In this document: positions 48,557 through 62,400 of the stretch, piece by piece
Layout of the letters: every line of letters begins with the position of its first letter
Numbering within the stretch: the stretch's first letter is position 1
DNA from: Tubiluchus corallicola
Lineage: Eukaryota > Animalia > Priapulida
Length of the DNA: 64,000 nucleotides
Direction of reading: 5' to 3'
Assembly (NCBI GenBank): GCA_030141605.1
Contig: JAQGDQ010000181.1
Location: forward strand, 211,124 to 275,123
Made by a program: the position numbers and the translations under genes
The notes under the pieces: model-generated
Seen by the model: the letters and a program-made list of their open reading frames with translations, nothing else
The model's database searches: none
Told to the model about the DNA's origin: nothing

Positions 48557-49768
48557 ATGCGCGTTCTTTCAAATAACACTCAAATATTTATGCTTATGTG
48601 TATGTGGTTTGTATTGAGCTATTGTTTTTTCACATACTGTTATAAATCGGTCGCGTTGTTTTACCATGACCTGCACAATTTGGGACAAGTGAATTTCGTC
48701 GGAGAAGAGCAATCAACTGCTATAGGTTTTATTGCAAATCCGCGAAAGAAATCGAAGATTATTCTGTTCTGGAACTCATTTTTTGGGTTGAGAGACTTTG
48801 GATTTGGATTAGGAAATGATGTCTTCGATAAACACTGCTCCAGTGCTTTCCCAAAGTCTTCCAGGTGCGCAACAACGAGCAATAAGAAACTGTTAGCCCA
48901 CGCTGATGCTGTTGTGGTACATATCAGGGACAAATGGAAGCCCATTCCTCGAAATGTAACTCCTGAACAGAAATGGGTTTTTGTTCTGGAAGAATCACCA
49001 GTTCATACGCCACAGTACGTTCTGCGAAAATTGAGAAATGTGTTTCACTGGACAATGACCTATCGGTTGGACACTGATATACTCTTGCCATATGGAGGTA
49101 TTCCCACTATTATTAGAAGGCAGAATGCATCAAGACTTTCTTATGAGAGGAAGAGATTAATGTCTTTGATAAAGGGGAAAACCAAACTCGTAGCATGGTT
49201 TGCAAGTAACTGCAACACGAACAGCAAAAGGGAATTGTACGTGGCAGAGCTTCAGAAGTTCATTAGTGTGGATGTCTACGGTTTCTGTGGACCACTCAAA
49301 TGCGATTCCACGAAGGAACGGTGTTATGAAATGTTGGAACGGGACTACAAGTTCTACCTCGCATTTGAGAACTCGATTTGTAAAGATTACGTCACAGAAA
49401 AGCTGTTCACTACGTTAGATTATTACGTTGTTCCTGTTGTGTTGGGTGGTGCAAATTATTCACAAGTGGCTCCCCCACACTCAGTGATAAATGTGAATGA
49501 CTTCCCCACTGCAGAAGCATTAGCAAAATACCTGCTTTTCTTGAATGATCATAATGACATCTACCAGAGATATTTTCAATGGAAAGAGACACATGAAATG
49601 AAAAATGTTGTCAACCCTTTTTGTAAATTATGTCACATGTTGCATCAAAATGCAACGGATACTAAACGTTACACTGACATATTTAAATGGTGGGTTACAG
49701 ATGGAAGGTGTTCTGTACCCAAAGAGACATGGAGAGGACTCCCTCCATTTTTTCACTCTTTATTATGA
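48557..49768 (+). CDS. Alpha-1,3-fucosyltransferase (GT10 family), intronless CDS, 403 aa
   Basis: Type II N-terminal TM segment; ADAVVVH, EESPVHT, FHWTMTYRLDTDI, VAWFASNC, DVYGFCG, and GT10 motif YKFYLAFENSICKDYVTEKLF; AATAAA 10 nt after the stop. Confidence 0.93.
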   Translation: MRVLSNNTQIFMLMCMWFVLSYCFFTYCYKSVALFYHDLHNLGQVNFVGEEQSTAIGFIANPRKKSKIILFWNSFFGLRDFGFGLGNDVFDKHCSSAFPKSSRCATTSNKKLLAHADAVVVHIRDKWKPIPRNVTPEQKWVFVLEESPVHTPQYVLRKLRNVFHWTMTYRLDTDILLPYGGIPTIIRRQNASRLSYERKRLMSLIKGKTKLVAWFASNCNTNSKRELYVAELQKFISVDVYGFCGPLKCDSTKERCYEMLERDYKFYLAFENSICKDYVTEKLFTTLDYYVVPVVLGGANYSQVAPPHSVINVNDFPTAEALAKYLLFLNDHNDIYQRYFQWKETHEMKNVVNPFCKLCHMLHQNATDTKRYTDIFKWWVTDGRCSVPKETWRGLPPFFHSLL

Positions 49769-50404
49769 AGTTGCACTAATAAATTGATTTGTACATTAAT
49801 GACTCAGCAAGAATTCAAATTTAGATTTAATTTTAAAAGGAAAAATTCAAATAAATAACATTTTGGGGGATAGAACTGATGACTATTTCCTCATACATCA
49901 GAAAATGATGAAACGTAAAAAAGTATCATATGCGACAATGTCCCATACAAAGCAAAATATAAAACTAATTTCAGGTAATACTAATAATACAGAGATTAAC
50001 CTTCACTGGATCTCCTGCACACAAACAAAAACTTGCAATAATTCTTGCAATGCCCTTCAGTAGATTTAAGACAACTGAAAGTCACAAGAGGCAAACAAAT
50101 CAAAGTATATTACATGTACCATAATAATTATATTGAAACTGTTGTTGGTGCATTAGCAAATCAAAAAACTAGAAATCAAAACCCTGCAGTGAAAGACCGA
50201 ACCATACTATGCATTGTTTATTATTATTATTATTAAATGTGCAAGCTTAAATATTTTTACCACAAACATTTTATACAGTAGATTATATACATGTATAAGT
50301 ATATAAACCTAAAAAGTTCACGTAAACACAGGTGCAATAAATAACAGAGTAGCAAATTAAACATCACATATGCATATACACTACAACACAGGCTATTATA
50401 GTAA

Positions 50405-53400
50405 TCAGGAAAATTTGAAGCCAAGAATCTCAGAGAAAACATTGGCATTCATTCTTCCTGGGAGGTTTTGTTCAAGGTAGATGGTAGATTCCTCTAATGA
50501 TCTTGCTCCTTCAACTTTTGGTTGAGCGTCCTTCTCGGAAGGCGCACCCATTATTGTAGCTAGTGCATCAACAAGTTCAGGTTCCGACATGTGTTCACCT
50601 GAAGAAGTAGATAAATGCTCAAATCAGGGGACAGCAACTATAGATAAACATGATAAACTTCTTTTTCTTTCAATTTTAAGAGTCGTGTGCAAAAATGTTG
50701 TACGATGTAGCTTTATTTATTTAGTCACTCTGGCACTTATCAAAAAATGTATTGCACAAAGAAACATTTTGCATTGTTAGCACTTTTGCATAAGTCACAA
50801 AATTTTGCTATTCTATACTAATACTAATTGTTGAATGGCTGTGGCAAGACTGGAGCTAGCTCATTTTCAAAGACAACATTTAAAATGAGCCACTCAGCTC
50901 ACAGATGGAGGTGCCTTATCCATATTAGAATATGGAAATGTCTTCCATGGAGATACTAAAAGGAAGCCAGAAGAACTGATTTAGAAAATAATGATGTAAA
51001 CTCACCATTGTAAGCCTCACCTGTGCAGATGTAGCTAACAGCACAAGCAAAAAATTGGCACTGAGAAATGATACTGTATGGGAATTTTGGAGTTTCAGTC
51101 CCAGACAATTGTTTCTTTGTCAACTTCTCAAATTGCATTTAAGAAGAATGTTATACTAGAAACAAATTCTAATGTCTGGAACAGCTGTCATATTTTCACC
51201 TTTTCTAATGCAGATCCTTATCTTAAATGGCCAGCGGTTCTCTGTAAGAGGCAAAGTGTATAAAAATGTACCGACCTTGAGACTGCAACATTGTGAATAA
51301 TTTCTCTGTGCTAATATTGGACGTGCCACATAGTTCCGTAAATGCTGCGGCAATGTCTTCCTGACTAACAGCCTTCACAGGCCGATGGTTTATGTACACT
51401 AAAAATAGTAATAAAAAGATGCCAACGCTCGATTCTCTGCTATTACTATTATAATAAATTGTGCCAGGGTTAGTTTATTCACTTGGCTAAAACGCATGTT
51501 TATTCCATGCAAGTGAGAGCAAATTTGGTAAAGCATCAATTGTGCATTGGGCTGATTTACAGCAGACTGGTTGCTGTATCTACACATTGTCATCAACACC
51601 TGGATGTCATCTGGTTTCAATCTTATTATGTACAGTTGTGCATCAGTCTGAATCACATCTACTCACATCTATATAGTCTGAACCACACCTGCACATCAGC
51701 CTATACTCATCTGTGCATCTACATCTAAACCACGCTTGCACCTCAACATGAATCTCTCCTTGCAGCAGTCTTAACGACACGTACACATGATACCTGTGTA
51801 TTAGCCTACCAGCCTAAACAATCTCAGCATACCACCCTGCATAGTCGTGCAGGCCGATTTTCTAATGGGGGGGGGGGTGGTAGCTGAGCCACTTTTGCCT
51901 GAAAAATACTTGGAAAAAGTTCAAGTCGAGAATTGCCCACCCTATGATCAAAAAATGTCCAGATTTTGGGCGTTTCATTTGGGGGCATGGGGAAATTTTG
52001 AGATTTCCTTTTTTCGAAAAATATTATTTTATTTTTTTCATCATTGGCCTGTCCCAAAAAAAAATTGGTGATTGCCTGAATCCACAATTAATCTAAACCA
52101 TACCTACAGATGCATCAGCCAAAACCACACTAGCACATCAGCCTGAACCACACCAGTACAATGGTCTGAATCAGTAAATCACACAAGTAAGGCAGCCAGA
52201 ACTGCACCAGCACATCAGTGTGATAACTGATTCATATGGTGCAATTCACATTGCACTCGTCCACACCTAACCACGTATGCACCAATCTGATCCATGATTA
52301 AGCATCTGTTAATTAACACTTGCACATCAACTACTGTTAGTGTTAGCAAACTCTATAAACTCCTGGAAATATCTGTAGTCCTATGACCGTCATTTGACTA
52401 CCATGCACTAGCAGCTAGTTATTTTCTATGTAACCTAAACAATTTAATGTAATAACAGACAGGCATATGTACGTTAAAAATAAAATACTCACGTCTAATA
52501 AAAGTATCCAAATCAATGGTAGTTTCTATTTCGTTATCCACAATATAGTGGCTGTACTTGATCTCATTAACCATGTCTTCAATCTGCAACATGAGACACA
52601 CTGAGTAAACAATGGCAGACCTGCAAAGTTCACTAAACCATTGCAAATGCAGCCAACTCGGCAATACTGTTTTCTCATTTTGACAGATTGTTACTGAGTT
52701 ATAATTCTTATTTACATAATTAGTGAAAGCATTTTTAAAATCAATGACTTATAGTGGAATAGCTTTTAATTGTTAGGCAATATCTGCCACGTTTGTAAAC
52801 CAGCCTGTTTTAAACTTGTAACTGACTGCAGGCAGCAATGGTAAAAATCAATTTTTCTTTTTTCTCTGGGGCGAAAAGATTCCAATTATTTCAGTTGTTG
52901 TGCAATCTTACAGGTTTTTATTGCATATTAATGCGATTTTTCCGCGTGTAGCACGTAATGCTCCCTTGTAATTTGAAAATGAAGCGTTACATGACATGGC
53001 AGTTCCACAACTTCTACTGTTCCATCCCTTGTAATTTAAAAATGAAACGTTACATGACATGGCAGTTCCACAACTTCTACTGTTCCATCCCTTGTAATTT
53101 AAAAATGAAACGTTACATGACATGGTAGTTCCACAACTTCTACTGTTCCAGTAAACGCATGAACGAAACAGTGATTACTGGTTAATTAAATGAAAAAATG
53201 GATGAATAAAAGAGAGAAAGTGTATCGTTTTAAATAACAGGAATCAAAGAATGGATGGATAAACAAATACAGTAAATCACTACAAATGGCTGTGTGCAGT
53301 CTGTAACTCCAAACATTTCTACCTAAAGTGCGCCAATTCAGGAAATCTAAACTGGTTTCCAAACTGAGCGGACGTGTTTATACGCTGCCACGCTCACCTG

Positions 53401-56400
53401 TAACATGATTTAAAACTTCGAAATCTTGTGAAGGTCGACTGATTAGCCGATAAAAATGTTGCAAATATAAGTTAAAATTTATAATGCTGCAGTTTTGATA
53501 CTTGCCGTTATATGAGCAGAAAGTTAATTGTGATATGCAAACAAGATCAATGACTAAATCTAAAACGGAAGTGAAAAGCAAAAAACAACCTGTATACAAG
53601 CCGACAAACAAAGAAAGCACTTCAGCAGCAATGGAAAACAACGATGTGACTTCAGGAATGTCTTGTTCGTTTTTGTCAGAGGAAAACGAAGGGGCGACTA
53701 CAACCCAAACCGAGGATGACGCTGTAGCTCAAGGTAAATCAAATCGTTCAGATGATAAGCTTTTAGCTGCCACTCTTCAAAGTAAAGCCGAAATGAATGA
53801 ACAATTTGCAAAAATTTCTGCTGAGTTAACAGAAGTTAAAACGAGACAAACATCTCTAGAAACCAAGTACGATAAATGGTATTCTAAACTAGAGAATAAT
53901 GCAGTCAGGATTAATAATGCAGAAAAAATCAATAAAGAACTTGAGGCTAACCTTAATGATGCTCGTAGACAAATAGCCGTTTATAAATCCGAAATTGATA
54001 ACTTGGAACAATACGTTGCAGGGACTGTCTGTTATTTTACGGCATCCCAGAACAAAAAGACGAGAACATTTGTAGCATCATCAGCCGTATAATTACGAGC
54101 ATGGGCTTGCAGATAAATGATATGGATGTTAGTGCAGTACACCGCATACCGTCAGAAAAAGGGGTGCCGCCGATTATAGTGAAATTTACAAGAAGGTCAG
54201 TCAGGGATAACATATATAAGCAAAGGAAAAACCGTCAAAGACTTGGTGATATAGGGTTTTCGTCCAACAATCGTGTCCAGATAGGGGAATGTCTCACTCC
54301 GGCTAGGAAAGCATTGTTCAAAAAGTGTGTTGATTACAAAAAACAACGAGGCTATAAATTTGTATGGACAAATCAAGGAAGAATCTTTATGAGAGCTAAT
54401 GAAAAAATGGAATCCTTCGAAATTAAATGTGAAGAGAACTTAACCTAATTTGAACTGTTGCAGATTCTGATTACACTTATGTGTTAACACTAATCAAGTA
54501 AACAGGTATCTTTCTTATTTTAAGTTTCTTTGTCGTTTGTCAGATTGCCTGTTCGCCTAATACAGTTCACGTGTGTACTAATTGTGTGTGCATGCCTTCG
54601 GGTGTATGTATTATTCATAATTGCAAGTTTATATTGTATAAGTGAGCAATAAATAGCTCATATTTTTTTGTATGATAACTAGAAACAGTTATCGGTACAG
54701 TCGTAATGCCTATGCAGGTTGGTACTGTAAGTGATTACAAAACTATGGATACCAACGAGTAATAATTACAAGCAGATTAGTGTGGTTTAATGAAACCAGT
54801 TTCTTTTTCCGCATGTTAATTGATAACCTTGACTACATGGTAAATGGTCCAATGAATAAGCCATTCCTAAATGGTTGCGGACGAGATTTTGTCACGTATC
54901 AAGTATTTAATATATTAACCTGTTTACAGAAACCGATTAACAGATTACCTTGAAGTGAAAACTTTAACGTACCTGGGTATAATCTATGACATTCACAGGT
55001 ACGCTGCCTTGATTGCGAAATCGTATTTTACCAATGAATACACGAAGGAATTTTTTTTGCATAGGCCTATATATTTATTATCAATACAATAAATAATAAT
55101 GAGCAAGCACTGTTAGACACTAAATGAAACATTGTGAGCGTGTAATATTTTTAATACAGAAGTGACTCCATTTTTGTATGGGCGTCTCACAGAAGGCAAG
55201 ACAGCTTAACGTAAATTCATGCTTAATTCCATAATAAATTTACCCCATTTTTAGAAAGATATGCATAAAAAATAGTTACTTTGTTTCAATTTTCACTTAT
55301 TAGCAACATGGATATGTAATTAAACTGTATTAATGCTACGTATCGTGATTAGTTAATATCTGGCAAGTTATTTTCTGTCTATATATCATTAGCAGTCAAA
55401 TTTAAGTGGAACCATATTTCTAAATATGAGACTATCTTTGTGTACTTTAATGTATAATCCAAGAATTCATACTACATTAATAATCCAAAATACATGTGCA
55501 AATTATATGCTCCAGGATATATTAATTTGATAATTTGAAGCAGTTTATTTTATTTATCTTTTTTTAAATCAAAGTGGAAGATAGAGGCAACTAGGTCGGC
55601 CCTAATTACTACCTGTCTTTTTGCATTTTTTATTTTTTTTTATTTTTTAACAATTACTCACCCTCTTTAAACTACATCATTCATATGTTAACATTCTCAA
55701 GTCCCGCTTGCGAGAAACCTGTTAAACATAACCAAAAGGCTCTAGGATGTGACAACTGTTATAGGTGGATTCACCTAAGATGCTCACCGTTATCAGTTGA
55801 CGATTATAATGACCTGGCTACAGATGATAATGATGGTTTTGCCATCTTTGTCTACAGTCTATTTTTCCATTCAATAATATACCAGATGATGAAGAATTTA
55901 AACATATTGCACGTTTTTCAAATATTGGTCCTATCTTGTGCGATTATAATTTAAATCTCTTTTGCACTGAATCAGATGATAGCAATAACATCACGAATAT
56001 GGCAGATCCTGATTTAATTTTTTTTAATACACCAAACTTAATACCAAAAAGCAATTACTATGATGAAGATCAGTTAACATCTTTGTACAGTAACACTGAT
56101 TTCAATACACCATTGTCTATGATCCATGTTAATATTCGTGGCCTAAAAGCTAATTTTGATTATTTAAATGTATATTTAGAATCCTTAACTATAAGTTTTT
56201 CAAAAATTGCCTCATCAGAAACATGGCTCCAAAATGACCTTTTTAGACACAATGCTGACCAATTATCTGTTCCCTACTGTGACAAGACCAACAAGAATTA
56301 CGCCTTATTCAGCAACACTAATTGATAATATATTTACTAATGCACTAGACTACAAGTACAAATCAGGTATTTTTCTAACAGATATAACAGATCACCTCCC

Positions 56401-59400
56401 AATTGTTTAAATTATTGATCTCAAAATTGAAACATTCAGTAAGGAATACGTGCACAAACATATTTATAATGTTCGTATAAAAAAACAAAATTATCCAAGA
56501 TTTAAATCAATGTGACTGGTCAGATTTATATTCTGCAACTAATACCGAAGATGCGTACAATTTATTTCATACTAAGCTTTCTGATATCTATAACAAACAT
56601 ATTAAACTACAGAAAAACAATAACAATCATAAAGCAGCAAAAAACCTTGGATCACTACAGCAATTTTAGAAAATGTTAAACGGAAAAATAAAATGTATCG
56701 TTCTCTGGTGAACAAGACAAATAATAACGTATCTGAAGTAGAATACAAACGATATAGAAATGAACTTAATACAGTTATAAAAGCATCAAAATGTCAGTAT
56801 TATAGGGATAGATTAATGACAGTTAAAGATAACATAAAAAGACATGGGATACAATGAAAGAAATTATGCATAAAGAAAGACAAAATCGACCCATTACGTT
56901 GTTCATAAACAGTAAATTAATTAAAAATAATGTAAAGGTGGCAAATGCTTTTAACGATTACTTTGCCAATATTCGACCAATATTATCAGAACAAATTGAT
57001 AGTTCAGACAAAACTGAAATAGCCTTAACAAAAATTATAGAAAATATCATTAATACTGTTGAAAAAAATGGCACATCCTACGGAGTATTTTGCGATCTAT
57101 CGAAAGCATTTGATACAGTAAACCATGACATTCTGCTAAATAAGTTGTACTATTACGGTATCAGAGGTTTGCCTCATGTGGCTAAAGAATTATTTAACAG
57201 GACGCACTCAGACAGTAAAATATAATAACACTTTTTCAGATGTAGCACCAATCAAATGTGGCGTGCCCTAAGGCTCAGTCCTTGGGCCACTACTTTTTCA
57301 AATTTATATTAATGACATCAAGTTTTGTGTTAAAAATCACAATTTATTTCAGTTTGCTGATGATACAAGCATTTTTTTAGCTTTCATAAAATAGAAAACA
57401 GTATTGGCTACATAAGTACAGTTCTACATGATCTAGCTATATGGTTCAAAACAAATAAACTGTCACTAAATTCATCAAAAACAAAATACATTCTGTTTAG
57501 ATCCCGAAATAAACCAATTCAGGTGAACCACGATTTAATAATAGACCAATAAAGAATTACACGTGTAAAAGAACTGAAATTTCTGGGATTAATCCTGAAT
57601 GAGCATCTAGACTGGCGACCACATATATTCATGATCAGATTGAAAATATCAAAAAATATAGGTATTATCTCATATATTAAAAACTTTCTGAACACAGAAC
57701 ATCTTCTAACATTATATAACAGTTTAATATTATCATATGTAAATTACTGCACAGCATTATTGGGCTTTACTTATACTACAAATTTAGAATGCTTAAGAGT
57801 TTTACAACGAAAATTTTTACGTGTCATCTTCAAACTAGACAAAACGAGCACAATTACTACTACACATTTTAAGCAATGTCAGATATTACTTCTGGATGAT
57901 GTTATTAATTTTAATGGATGTATATACATGTATAGAACCAACAACAACTTATTTCCAACTTTTTTTGAAAATCCAGTCAAGATAAATGTAAAAAGATACA
58001 ATACCAGACATAATGAATATATACCAAGACGTTGTAGAACAAATATGGCGGAACATTTCATTGGCTATATGGGACCAGTCCTATGGAATAGACTAAGCTG
58101 CAATTCAAAATGTAGTCACTCCCTTTCAAAAAACCGTCGGAAAAGAAATATTTCAAAAGTATTGAGAGTAGCACAATTTGATAATGGTAATCACCTGCAT
58201 TCTTTTTCCACAGTAATCTTAATAAAACGTGACTATGCTCAACAGGTTACTGAACACTTTATAATCATGATCACAGTTTTTCTTAGTTCTCGCTCCATTT
58301 CATCTTTCATTCACTACTCCCCCCTTTTATGTATACATTATCATCATTTCAATTATTAATCACTTCTTTAAGATTTCCACGTACAGTTTGGCCTGTCAAG
58401 CTATGCTTTTAGGCCCAAACTGTATGCATCAAAATTATTCTGTAATGTAATTTGCACATGTATATGCTGCATTTTGTAATTTCTGGATAATACTGCATTT
58501 ATATTTACTTCAGTGAAATTATCTGTATTTTTATTATAATTGTTAGATGCAGAGTGGAAGTAAATAAACTTATAAACTTATAATTCGCTAGTTTGGCTGC
58601 CGATTTCGTCTGCGTCTGTCAAAGGATGAGCTCATCCTGCCATCTAGCGTTACCTTTTAGAAACTTCGAGTCGAAAGAATTATATGATGCGCTAAATATA
58701 GGCCAAGTATTGCTAGGCAAACAGCACAGCAGCTGCAGCCGCTACGCTAGCGCACTGCAGTGCATAACAACATTGGAGAAAGTGTGCATTGTGATTGTAC
58801 AGTACCATCCCGTGTAAACGTTATAGTGTACGCTGCTGCGCCTGTGTAATTATAATCAACGTATTGCTGGCTGGAAAATCAAGCCACATATTTCTGAGTA
58901 AGTTAACAACTGCTGTCTGCTAAGTATAATCACTGTACAGTAAACTATGGCATAAATCCTTTTTTACAATATATTCGTACAAATTATACGGATTATGTGA
59001 CCATAACATGGAAACCATTATGGATATTAATTATCATTAATATTAATTATTTATTTATACTAAATCTGCTAGCATATTAAAAAGTTTACATTTCTCTAAC
59101 GAATTGTATGAAATAAAAATAATATATGCTATTAATAATCAGCCTGATAGTAAATAATAAATCCAATAGGTGGAAAACAGTTATTTATATAGCAGAATAA
59201 CATAATTTATATAGCAAACACATAAACAGAATTTATATAGCAAAAAATTGTAGGCTACAGCTAGACTTTATAATATGGTACTCTTCTGTTGTCAAAAATT
59301 ATAAAGGTGTTCTTATCTGAGACCAAGTTAAGACACTAAAATGTGCAAATACATACAGCCTTCAGAAAGTACAGCACTTTACAAAAGTAAGTGTGAATCA

Positions 59401-62400
59401 GATTATTGTTCCTGCTTGCACAAGCGTATACCATACATCATGCCAGTGGCTGCTTCAGTAGTTCTCACGAAAAACTAGTGCATCATTTAATAGTTGCAGA
59501 TTATTAGAAATAAATCTATTATGACAATTATTTCACTATACTTGTAAACTGATAGTACTGTACTTTTAGGCAAAATAAAGTAGGTTTTAATACCTCATTA
59601 ATAACACAATAATGGCAAATTTTAGACTGCAACACATTTTCATTGAATGGATGGTTTTACATGTTTTTCACTAGGTTCTGCAATTTTGGGAGGCAATTTT
59701 ATTTTTTGATGTTACTCTCCTTTTAAGTTTTTGGAAGAACACAAATTATTTTAAAACTAATACAATAAAGTGTTTTAATTTTTAAAACTTTCAAAGCATC
59801 ATCAATTTTTTAATGAATGAAAAACGATTTTGTTTATTTTGAATGTTTGCATTGTTACTAAATGTAAAAAAAGAAATATGGCTTGGCAAAATAAACATTT
59901 AATAGACAAAATTAATTTGCAAAAACAAATCAGATGACAAAACTGATTAGCAAAACAGAAATCAGCTGTCTCTAGCTTACTCAAAAATGAGTAAAGATAT
60001 ATTACTGCTAATTAAACTGCTTGTCTCACTATGATACAGACTCAGAATGATTGTACTTATATAACGTTATGGTCATTTCTTACAACTCATTGTTCAAATG
60101 TACTTTTTCAATGTCACGTTTGTAATGATAAGCTAAAATATAAAATTCTTTATAACAAAAGCCAGTACTTATTGCATCATAAAAAATTTAAGCACAGCCT
60201 GTATGTACTCATTGTTTTTTAATAGTAAAGCAAGCATTGCAGAAAAACAATGCTTTAGCCCTAAAAATGCTACAACGCATTGTTCATTGTTCACAAACAC
60301 AATGTTCACATGAAAATTCTAACAGCCTTCTATGCATTCTATGCAATTAAATTGAAACTGAAATAGTCTTACATACTCTTATCTGATGTTTATTTTAAAA
60401 GCAAAGGATCTGAGCAGCTTCAATGGATACAGGAGACGTAGATAATTTGGACATTTACTACAAGTGTACTGCATGCAGCGAATGCTTCATGGCAGAAGAT
60501 GTGTTCTTCGTGCATACTCGCATGTGGCACTGTAAGATACTTGTGTGTCAAGGACAAGACTCCAGTACATGTGTCAATATTTGCGAGAATCCTTGTTCGG
60601 CAATGTCAAAACCAAATGTAGATGATTTAAGAGTGGAAGAAATGACAATGGAGGAACTGCTTGTGAACATCAAGGAAGAAACTCAACAAACAAACCTAGA
60701 TAATGTTGATGCAGAGAATGCCAGTGAAGTAAATGCGATTTCCGATGCTCGCAGCATGTTATTAACCAATACAGATGAAACTGATTCACCCTATATAAAT
60801 ACTACCTTGGAAAATCACTATGACAACAATATTACCCGGGAAACAGCTATTGTTGATGCAGATAACTTACAAGTACAACTGGTTGATACTGCAGCAGAAC
60901 TCACCAAAAACAGTAGACCGTATGAACAAGAATCTTTAGAGTGGAACTATAATCTGTCACTGATCTCTAAACAGTACAAGTGTCGAATTTGCTACCGCAG
61001 TATGCCATCCAAAACTTCTCTTAGGCGCCATATGAAATCCCACCAAAGAAGGTTTGATGAATATATTACAAATGATATGATGAATCAACCTATGCGGACC
61101 TTTGCTGAACCTATTATAGAGGTGCCAGATAATAAAACAATTGTCAAGAAAAGGTTAACCACAAGCAAACCTGTGCAGAAAAAGTTATCACTGGCACAGC
61201 GGCGCAGTGCTAGTCAGAATAAACAAATAAGAAAACAATTCGTACAGCAATCTGGACAGCCACTGGAGTACACAGTAATGAACTATCAACGGTACTGCTG
61301 CACAAAATGTCCGGACACATTCGGTACCGCTGCTGGACTGAAATATCACATGACCAGTAAGCATACAGGTGAGAAGAGGTACCCGTGTTCTGTATGTGGG
61401 CAGTGTTTCGCTCGACAATATGTATTGACATGTCACATTCGCACGCACACAGGAGAACGTCCCTACAAATGCGAACTGTGTCATAAAGCTTTTGCACAAC
61501 TGGGAACATTGCACAGGCACAAACAGGTTCATCAGCGAGTGTAAACACTTTTATGTGCACAACATGCATGTCTTGTGAATGCGTCATATTGTTTTTCCAA
61601 TACAAGCAAGATTGATGTAAAATGTGAACAGATGTAGATGTGCGCATGTGAATGTGCCATACAAATTTTGTGCAACATGTAACACTGCACAGGCATCACA
61701 TGCGTATAAGACCGTGAGCTGTGCTTTAAAAGCTCTTGCACAAATTTTAACAGGATTCATAAACATAAGTAGTTTTGAGGAAGTAGGTCATACAACACAT
61801 TTTGCAGTTCAAACAGGCATTTAGTGAACAGTCTTAATGTGCATTCAGATGTAGAGACTTCTCTCACAACTTGTTGCACAACTTCTCTCTGACATCCACA
61901 TGTTGCAACTTTGCTCTCAAAGAGAAGTTGAGAGAGAAGTTTATGAAAAAAAAACAGATTCCATGGCAATGATGAATTGTGCTCTACATGACATATGCAG
62001 GTAGTTGGGCAAGTTTTATCCAATACATGCACGGGGGTGTGTGTGTGTGCGTTTGGCAAACAAGTTAACCAATGTTTCGCATCCTGGACTAGTTCTTACT
62101 ACAGTTGAGATGGTTAGGCTTTTTAATTAACCATTCAACTGTTATTAAATGTCTGTTAACCGGTTAACCATTTCCGATAACGTAATATATATAAGAAAAC
62201 ATTGAATACACATAACATGCACAAGTAAGCGGTGCAGTTCAAATCTAGTATCCACCAGCGAGAATGTCCAACATGGCAGCATCCTCAAAACATACGCGAG
62301 TGAAAAACTTTTTGCAGTTTACCGTTTAGATGCTTCTTAGACAACCAAATTGATTGAAACAATATTGTAAATAGTATAATTTTATGTAAGCGGGACATTG

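Noticed and set aside
53359-58596. Short inverted similarity (CCAAACTGAGCG / CGCTAGTTTGG) flanking the LINE as TIRs
   Set aside because: Short, gapped and compatible with chance; no TSD found.
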